Source of the DNA: a virus
Direction: 5' to 3' (one strand)
Virus record (IMG/VR): IMGVR_UViG_3300046002_004363
Span: 35,578 to 99,577 of that record
Length of the DNA: 64,000 nt
Shown: piece by piece, positions 57,300 through 64,000 of the stretch
Numbering within the stretch: position 1 is the stretch's first letter
Layout: each line of letters starts with the position of its first letter
Translations under genes and position numbers: made by a program
Notes under the pieces: generated by a model
What the model saw: only the letters and a program-made list of their open reading frames with translations
Database searches by the model: none
What the model was told of the DNA's origin: nothing

Positions 57300-57707
57300 T
57301 TATAGTATTTTTATTAATTCAGTTGTTCCTCTTGTTCCTATAGAGAATCCGTTCTCTATATATTTATTAATTAAATTCTCGTTCTTAATAGATGAAAATG
57401 CAATCGAATAGCCTGACTCTTTAGCTGAGAAAGATAATTCTTCTAACACACTTAAAATAGCCTTATTTCTTTCTTCCGATGTGGTCTTAGGGTTTGTAAC
57501 TATAAACTCTATCCACACCATATTAGAATTAGTGGTATACATAAAACCGCAAGCTAAATCCTTACCACCTTCTGAGGCTATAACTCCATTGAATTTACCT
57601 AAATCATATTGTGGTAATGCCTTGATTGATGGGGCTGGAAATCTCCAAAAACCCCACCATTCTGTTAGCATTTTATAATCAGTATGTTCAGCAATTCTTA
57701 TATCCAT
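57300..57707 (-). CDS. GNAT-fold acetyltransferase-like protein
   Basis: IR.A...D...ACGFMY...WIEFIVTNP...R...Y..NGF; typical position after the nozzle gene. Confidence 0.65.
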   Translation of the reverse strand: MDIRIAEHTDYKMLTEWWGFWRFPAPSIKALPQYDLGKFNGVIASEGGKDLACGFMYTTNSNMVWIEFIVTNPKTTSEERNKAILSVLEELSFSAKESGYSIAFSSIKNENLINKYIENGFSIGTRGTTELIKIL

Positions 57708-57725
57708 ATTGCAAAGATAAAGTAT

Positions 57726-60700
57726 TTATTCAAAAGATTTTGCGACTTCTGAATTTATAGCATATACCTCAGCATAGTCTGTTGTTTGTAAATTAAAGCG
57801 TGTATTCATATAATACCCTCTAATGCCAGATGTCTCGATACTGCTTGGTTTTGAAGACAATATAAAATCACCAGCACTTAATCCTGCAACACTACTTAAC
57901 ACTATATTATTTAAATCACCTATAAATAGTATAGTTCCTATTAATGATAAAGAAGAGTTATATACGAGGTCTCCAATACTAACAGTACTTGGAACTTCTG
58001 TTAAATATAAGTTTATACCTATTATTCTATCAATGTTCCCTAATCCAGTAACAGCTATCGTCTTTAAATCTAAAGTATCATTTCCTCTTATATATGCATA
58101 CTGTACACCCTCTTTATTTTTAAAATCACCTTGATTTATGTATCCGTTCTGCATATCTGTATTCATACTTACATTCCAAGCTGAATTACCCTCTACTGAT
58201 ATATTCTTAAATATCTTTCTTGTTGAAGGCTCTTCGTTAAAGTTAAATGCAAATGAAGATTGACTTGATGTTCCATAAAATGTATTGTAAGACCCTATAT
58301 TGTGCTTATAAACATCTGCTCCTTTGAATGATAGAAATTCATTGTTCACTCTCACCATACTATCAGGATCGAATGATTGTCTACCTAAAAATCCATTTGC
58401 CTCTGGAGAATAAGACCAAGTGACATAATCATACTTAACTGGTAAAGGAGCATAGTCTTTTCCTTTTATCTTGTATTTAATATTTAATACATATATATCA
58501 AAGAATGCATCGTATTGACCAATAACATTTACAATCTCATTATCCCTAAATAGGGTTTTAAAATAATCCCTCATTCCAGAGTTACTTATCTCACTAAGAC
58601 CATTAGAGTTATTCATACCTAATACCACACCTCTCTTGTCGTCAGTACAGAAAGCATTTGTTCCGTAGTCATCGTAAGATTCGGGATGTAATGATATTCC
58701 GTACTCTCCAGAATACAATACTTGTTGACCTAACACATCTTCAATTCTTGATAAATTAGTTGTTGCATCTGTATTATACAATAAATCCTTACCATATAAT
58801 ACCTTACTCCACTTATCCTCTTGAATTACAAGTAAATCAGTTTGGTCTGAATCAAGCCTTATAATATTTCCATATTTCTTTTCTAAATCATCTTTGTAAT
58901 TACCTAAATACAAGTTAAATTCATTAAGTCTATTTACATTCGTACTCTCTTGGTAGACACCAGAGTATGTTAGATCTGCATATCTATTTACTTGTCTATA
59001 TATATCTTCGCTGACTGCATTTATAGCGTAGTCTAGATTTAAGAAGTTTGTAGTCATCTCATCCCTAACAGATATACTCTCAACACTATTACCAAAGCAA
59101 TAACAATTAAATACATCGTTTAAGGTGTGAGTTGTAAATTGATATTGACCATTATTTATCACATAAGTCTTAGGTGTTTCTATGTAAATGTTGTTATCAC
59201 TTTTTAATGGTATCGTCTCAAATACAGGTATGCTAGATTTAGTAACATATATATTTGTTTCTGTATATATATTTCTTTCGCCATCTCTAGTTGTTCTAGG
59301 TTTAAAAGCTATTTGAGTCCTACCTAATGCGTCTGGAAGCCAAATGTAATCCATTTTTGTGTTTCCTTCGTTTGCAAAAGCTTGATAAGCGTTTGATGGC
59401 TCAATGATATCCTCAAATACAGCTCTAAAATCAGCATAATCTCTTGTAAGTAAATATTCTTGGTCTATTTTATTTGTGAATTGTCTACTACCAAATGGTC
59501 TAGAGCAATTAGCTGAATATCTAACTATATTACCTGACGAAAATGTCAATGGTGTACCTATTGGAAGTTCTATTTTTGCTGATTCAATGTAGTAAGGAGT
59601 TTTATACGCTCCATTTTTTCCTAAGAACTCTAGAAAGTCGTTATCAGAAATTGTTAAATCAAAAGAACCTTGTTTTATTTTAAAGTAAAAACCGCTGTCA
59701 GACCCAGTAGTTATCTCGTCTTTTTCATAAAATCTAGCAGCTAACACCTTTACCTTTGTATATTCTACTAAAGGTCCGTTTAAATCACTCTTAATCACTA
59801 AGTAATCTCCTTCTTTAACCTTGTTTTTATTATCTGCCACAAGTTCTAGGTAAGAAAATAAATCTACATTGTAAATTTTTTTTGTAAAGATGGTTTCATA
59901 TTTATCCCTATCATATTTTACAGCAAACTTGTAGTATTTAGCCCAGCTTGGCGGAGTTCCAGTGGTTGTTACTTTTAATACATTTTGATTTACAGAATCT
60001 AAAGACTCTATATATACACTGTTATTCTTTGCATCTATAACGGTAGTCTTTCTTCCTTTATCATCTAAAAATACCATACCTACTTCGTAGTCTCTTGAGG
60101 AGTGCATACTTGTAAATAATGTTCCAGAAGAGTAAAATATTACAACTCCTTCACAGAAAACATAATCTGTTTTTCCTTCTAAATCACCACTTCCAGATTC
60201 CTCTATATCTATCGCCCTATTTGGTATTATTAAGTTTAATACATTTGTGGCAGCATTAAAACTAGTTAATAACGGATCAACCACAACATTAATAGCTCCA
60301 GGCAAATTGGAGTCTGCTAGTTCTAATTGTGTTGAAAAGAAAGTTTCAAGTTGAGATATAAAGTTGGAATTTGTTATAAAATCCTCTTTAGTTAAGTAAG
60401 TTCCATTTACAGTATATGGGAATGAATATAAATTAGGATTATCTATAGGAGGCAACAAGTCGTTTGGAGAGAAGTAACTTCTTATATCAAAATCAAATAA
60501 TATTTGCGTACCGTCTATTACAGGTATGTTTGTTAAATCAATATCTAAAGACTTTTTATTTATAACATTGTCGTCATTAGAGAATAATTGATAGTAATCG
60601 TCTGAATTAAATGCTTTTTGAACAGTTGTAGTTCCAAGAATATTAACCAATCTAAAAGTAATGATAGGTTTTAATAGTAATGGAAAATCACTCTCTATTT

Positions 60701-62126
60701 CAAAATAAACCTGAACACTTTCACCTGCAAGTAATGTATATCCTCCAGATATATTATTTGTCCAAGATCGAGTCTCGTTTATTTGATTAGTTCCTACCGA
60801 AAATGAAGTAGGTACACCATTAAAATACATTTTCAATGTAAATGGTACAGATGAAAAAGTAGCTTCTTTTTGCGTTTCAACAACAAGCCTTAACCTTCTA
60901 GGGTCAGTGGGGTGTGTATTTGTAATTGTAGCTATATTAGTTGTGTAATCCATGACTAATTCACTCATAATACTACCATCAACAGAACCCCATATATCTA
61001 AAAGAGTTGGTAATGCATCAGTATTTTCATAACTACCTACCTCCTCTATATCTATTGTATTAATTGCTTTGCTTTCATAGTCGACAGAGAATTCTATTTT
61101 AGAATCTATATCTCTACCCTCTACAAAGTTACCATAAACCAATCTATTTCCTATCCTAGCTTGAGTGTATGCGCTTAATGGTACGTTGTCAAAACTCCTA
61201 AAGAATTCATTTTCTGACAATACATTATAAACCTTATAGTTTTCAAATAAGTATGATTTATTAAAATTATTAGCCCATCCTTCGTCTTCTTTATTTAATT
61301 TAATAATAGAGTAAACATTGTTGTTGTTAGATAGTTTAAAAACTAACTCTATTATTTCCACCTCTCTTGGTCCTGTATTGAATGATATTTGATAAGCCCT
61401 AGATATATTTTCCATAGCTAAATTAGTTGATGTGTCTAAATCAACATTGAATGTACCTGGAGTAAATGCATAAGGACTCCACGAAGAAAACGAAGAGTAA
61501 TATCCATCTTTATATCTATATCTATAAGCAAACGACATAAACTTATCTCTAAGAAATCCTGCAAAATCAGAGTTATTAGATTGTACTTGATTTACGCTTG
61601 GGGCAAATATAGGAGAAGGCTTCATCACAGATACTTCATCTTCCGTAAATCCATCAATACCGTAAGTCTTAGCTCTTTCAATACTAATTATTCTAGGAGG
61701 ATTTAAACCATCTGTCCAAGACAATAAGTCATATCCTTCTACACTAACAAATAAGTCAGAATGCGATATGCGATATTCCTTATTAAAATTCAATACTCCT
61801 GTTCCGTGAGTAGACTGAAGTACTATCTCTGTACTGTTATCAATTAGATTATACTGAATTACATAATCGTAAGAAGGAGATGTAACAAAGTAGAAAGCTC
61901 TATTCTTTGCATCATCCTCTATACTTCCAATTGTTTCAGAATTAGCTATATTTAGATTAGTAACTTTTAAGTTACCTTTTACATTCTTTAATACACCAAC
62001 ACCACCATTGTCCTCAGAAATAACCATTACATTTTCTGCATCAGTCATTTGACCATTTGGTGTCAATCTTTCATCAAAATCTTTGTTAATCGTTGCCTTT
62101 AGGAAATTATTTTTTATTTTAGCCAT
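57726..62126 (-). CDS. Tail nozzle/stabilisation protein (P22 gp10-like)
   Basis: 1466 aa; NKDFDERL..G...DA.NV, WTDGLNPPR.I, GNRLVYGNF, GEYGISLHPES beta-propeller-type motifs. Confidence 0.75.
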   Translation of the reverse strand: MAKIKNNFLKATINKDFDERLTPNGQMTDAENVMVISEDNGGVGVLKNVKGNLKVTNLNIANSETIGSIEDDAKNRAFYFVTSPSYDYVIQYNLIDNSTEIVLQSTHGTGVLNFNKEYRISHSDLFVSVEGYDLLSWTDGLNPPRIISIERAKTYGIDGFTEDEVSVMKPSPIFAPSVNQVQSNNSDFAGFLRDKFMSFAYRYRYKDGYYSSFSSWSPYAFTPGTFNVDLDTSTNLAMENISRAYQISFNTGPREVEIIELVFKLSNNNNVYSIIKLNKEDEGWANNFNKSYLFENYKVYNVLSENEFFRSFDNVPLSAYTQARIGNRLVYGNFVEGRDIDSKIEFSVDYESKAINTIDIEEVGSYENTDALPTLLDIWGSVDGSIMSELVMDYTTNIATITNTHPTDPRRLRLVVETQKEATFSSVPFTLKMYFNGVPTSFSVGTNQINETRSWTNNISGGYTLLAGESVQVYFEIESDFPLLLKPIITFRLVNILGTTTVQKAFNSDDYYQLFSNDDNVINKKSLDIDLTNIPVIDGTQILFDFDIRSYFSPNDLLPPIDNPNLYSFPYTVNGTYLTKEDFITNSNFISQLETFFSTQLELADSNLPGAINVVVDPLLTSFNAATNVLNLIIPNRAIDIEESGSGDLEGKTDYVFCEGVVIFYSSGTLFTSMHSSRDYEVGMVFLDDKGRKTTVIDAKNNSVYIESLDSVNQNVLKVTTTGTPPSWAKYYKFAVKYDRDKYETIFTKKIYNVDLFSYLELVADNKNKVKEGDYLVIKSDLNGPLVEYTKVKVLAARFYEKDEITTGSDSGFYFKIKQGSFDLTISDNDFLEFLGKNGAYKTPYYIESAKIELPIGTPLTFSSGNIVRYSANCSRPFGSRQFTNKIDQEYLLTRDYADFRAVFEDIIEPSNAYQAFANEGNTKMDYIWLPDALGRTQIAFKPRTTRDGERNIYTETNIYVTKSSIPVFETIPLKSDNNIYIETPKTYVINNGQYQFTTHTLNDVFNCYCFGNSVESISVRDEMTTNFLNLDYAINAVSEDIYRQVNRYADLTYSGVYQESTNVNRLNEFNLYLGNYKDDLEKKYGNIIRLDSDQTDLLVIQEDKWSKVLYGKDLLYNTDATTNLSRIEDVLGQQVLYSGEYGISLHPESYDDYGTNAFCTDDKRGVVLGMNNSNGLSEISNSGMRDYFKTLFRDNEIVNVIGQYDAFFDIYVLNIKYKIKGKDYAPLPVKYDYVTWSYSPEANGFLGRQSFDPDSMVRVNNEFLSFKGADVYKHNIGSYNTFYGTSSQSSFAFNFNEEPSTRKIFKNISVEGNSAWNVSMNTDMQNGYINQGDFKNKEGVQYAYIRGNDTLDLKTIAVTGLGNIDRIIGINLYLTEVPSTVSIGDLVYNSSLSLIGTILFIGDLNNIVLSSVAGLSAGDFILSSKPSSIETSGIRGYYMNTRFNLQTTDYAEVYAINSEVAKSFE

Positions 62127-62974
62127 TTCTTTCTACCATTAAATAATATGAATAATTCACCACCTCTTAAATCTAACATTCTGATATTAGCATTTTGTAG
62201 GTCTCTATAGTAGTCTTTCTTAGCTCTATTAATTATGTATTCCTGAACACCATACTTATTATTCAAGATAGCGTACTTAACGTAACTATATAAAGCTTGC
62301 TCAGCTAATTTATTCACCATTACTTCGTCTCCGTTGTTATACTCAAGACCATCAGACACATACTCTAATACAATTACTCTGCCACCAATATTAGAGGAAA
62401 AAGACATTACGCCTTTTCTCTTATCTATACTGAAGTATCCATTCGCATTAAGTGAAGGATTAATACCGTAGTTAGGACCAGTTAAGTCGTGATTACAAAA
62501 ACTATTATCCCTACTAATTACTCTTTCATTGTACTTTTTAAATGTTTCTGTTTCATTAGCCTCTAATGGGTATCCATTTTCATCAAACAATATATTGAAT
62601 TCGTGGTCTTGTAAATAAGCTGTACCAATTAGCGTTCTTGAATCTTTAGACAATGTTCTTAATAGTCCATCAGCACCTAGCACAGAAACCCTAACATAAG
62701 AAACAAAGTCGTGAGGAAGTGTAAGCAATAAAGAATCACTTAACTCCAACTCTACAACCTTAACTTCTTTTAATGTATCGTAATTGAATTCCTGAATACC
62801 TCTCTTAAAATGCTGTAATACATTATATCTCTTTACATTAGATAATAACCTATCGTCTCCAATTTGTTCTAACATAAAATTATTAACCAATTGAGATAGA
62901 GATACATACTGATAACTACCCCAATTATCCTCATTATTATAGTAATCTATTGGTGGTAAAATTTGGTGTGCCAT
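62114..62974 (-). CDS. Tail tubular/adaptor protein
   Basis: LPHDFVSYVRVS, LEYVSDG; upstream of nozzle gene. Confidence 0.65.
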   Translation of the reverse strand: MAHQILPPIDYYNNEDNWGSYQYVSLSQLVNNFMLEQIGDDRLLSNVKRYNVLQHFKRGIQEFNYDTLKEVKVVELELSDSLLLTLPHDFVSYVRVSVLGADGLLRTLSKDSRTLIGTAYLQDHEFNILFDENGYPLEANETETFKKYNERVISRDNSFCNHDLTGPNYGINPSLNANGYFSIDKRKGVMSFSSNIGGRVIVLEYVSDGLEYNNGDEVMVNKLAEQALYSYVKYAILNNKYGVQEYIINRAKKDYYRDLQNANIRMLDLRGGELFILFNGRKKWLK

Positions 62975-62984
62975 CTATTATATT

Positions 62985-63710
62985 TTATAATTGTTCGTTA
63001 CTTATACTTGCAGCCTCCATTGTTTGTGCTACCTGAATTACGTCATTCTCTCTAATTTCAATACCACAATACCCTAATATCTTTATAACTAAATCAGAAA
63101 AAAATTGTTCTGGTAATTCAAAATCTTGATAGTCAAGAGACGATTGATTAAACAATGGATTACCTCCTATATTTTGATATGTCCACTTCGGAGTCTTTGG
63201 TTTTCTAATGTAAGTTCCTATTAATTTTATAGTTATATCTAAAATTGGAAATACCCTATATTCTCCATCAACACTAATATATACTGGATACTCAATTGTA
63301 GGGGCTATTAAATTATTATTAAGAAGTTTTGTTATCTCTAATTTACTAACCTCTTCTATATCTATTCTATTAGAAAATATATCTTGACCTCCGTTAATTA
63401 TTTCTAATTTTATACCTCTATAGAAATCATTAGGAGTAAATTTATACACACCAGGTCTTAATATAGTTAAATCTCCTTCAGATACAAACATGTCGAATAC
63501 CTCCCTAATGTGTTTTGGTATATCTGAAAATTCAGAGTGATACATTCTTGCATTTTGCTTAGATATAGCCTTAGAGTATTTGTGGAATAACTCTTCGAAT
63601 ATAGACATCTGCGCTAATTCAGAATATAAATTAAATTCCAAAGGACTGACATATCCTCTGTTGTCTTTATTTAATATAGCTAATACCGTAGTATATACTT
63701 GATTTATCAT
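62985..63710 (-). CDS. Tail ring/adaptor protein
   Basis: LNKDNRGYVSP.EFN, YIRKP..P, DFELP; promoter at 63730-63737. Confidence 0.65.
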   Translation of the reverse strand: MINQVYTTVLAILNKDNRGYVSPLEFNLYSELAQMSIFEELFHKYSKAISKQNARMYHSEFSDIPKHIREVFDMFVSEGDLTILRPGVYKFTPNDFYRGIKLEIINGGQDIFSNRIDIEEVSKLEITKLLNNNLIAPTIEYPVYISVDGEYRVFPILDITIKLIGTYIRKPKTPKWTYQNIGGNPLFNQSSLDYQDFELPEQFFSDLVIKILGYCGIEIRENDVIQVAQTMEAASISNEQL

Positions 63711-63742
63711 TTGTAAGTAAATTTATTTGCAAAGATACAAAA

Positions 63743-63768
63743 TAAAAAAAGAGAGGGGTTTCCTCTCT
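63743..63768 (-). terminator. Intrinsic terminator
   Basis: Minus strand AGAGAGG-aaac-CCCTCTCTTTTTTT. Confidence 0.7.
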
Positions 63769-63824
63769 AATTTTAACTACCTAACCTATACTCTGCTTTC
63801 GCTGTCCAAGTAATCAGTCTGTTA

Positions 63825-64000
63825 TTATTTTATCTTACTTTGAACGTACTTATTAAAGGCTTTTCCTTCGTCTGTATCATTCATCCATCTTGCAAGCGTA
63901 TTAAACTTGTCTGTCTCATCAAATGGAACTTTACACAATAATGTTTCGCCATTATAGAATGCATTTCCTTTGTACTGAGCAAGATTTAATTCTGTAGTCA
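63825..64000 (-). CDS. C-terminus of a structural-operon protein (truncated by window edge)
   Basis: Open frame ...KVPFDETDKFNTLARWMNDTDEGKAFNKYVQSKIK*. Confidence 0.55.
   Translation of the reverse strand, partial: TTELNLAQYKGNAFYNGETLLCKVPFDETDKFNTLARWMNDTDEGKAFNKYVQSKIK

Noticed and set aside
63770-63824. SAM-II riboswitch
   Set aside because: Only the words CTGATT and GTAGTTAAAA match; the pseudoknot is unsupported and it lies upstream of a terminator and a new promoter
1-64000. Stop-codon reassignment, DGR/retron, prophage integrase
   Set aside because: Long genes are intact in the standard code, TAG and TGA terminate genes normally, and no reverse transcriptase or recombinase ORF is visible in the window

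Overview
AT-rich, nearly complete genome of a Bacteroidota (probably Flavobacteriaceae) podovirus-like phage, with a structural gene layout resembling crAss-related phages. The minus strand carries the virion, packaging and lysis arm: capsid, scaffold, portal, terminase, GroES-like protein, endolysin/holins, fibres, tail ring/adaptor/nozzle and three ejection proteins including a 3260-aa one. An inverted GroEL-GroES module sits within this arm. The plus strand from about 22.4 to 45.4 kb carries the early and replication arm: many small ORFs, SSB, ERF, exonuclease, replication initiator, primase-helicase, phosphoesterases and a MazG-like protein. About 18 host-type TAnnTTTG promoters are visible. 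I found no polymerase, integrase, reverse transcriptase or CRISPR array. The most striking non-coding features are: (1) an integrase-less array of four attC-like cassettes (27.1-29.2 kb) in which each hairpin site encodes the start codon and N-terminus of its gene, always in the same frame; (2) two complete hammerhead ribozymes bracketing the first early genes; (3) an ncRNA cluster at 34.0-34.5 kb containing an enlarged tRNA-like RNA and a pseudoknotted RNA; (4) two sequence-divergent but structurally matching kissing-loop/terminator leaders ahead of endonuclease genes. All calls come from reading the sequence by eye; no searches or folding programs were run.
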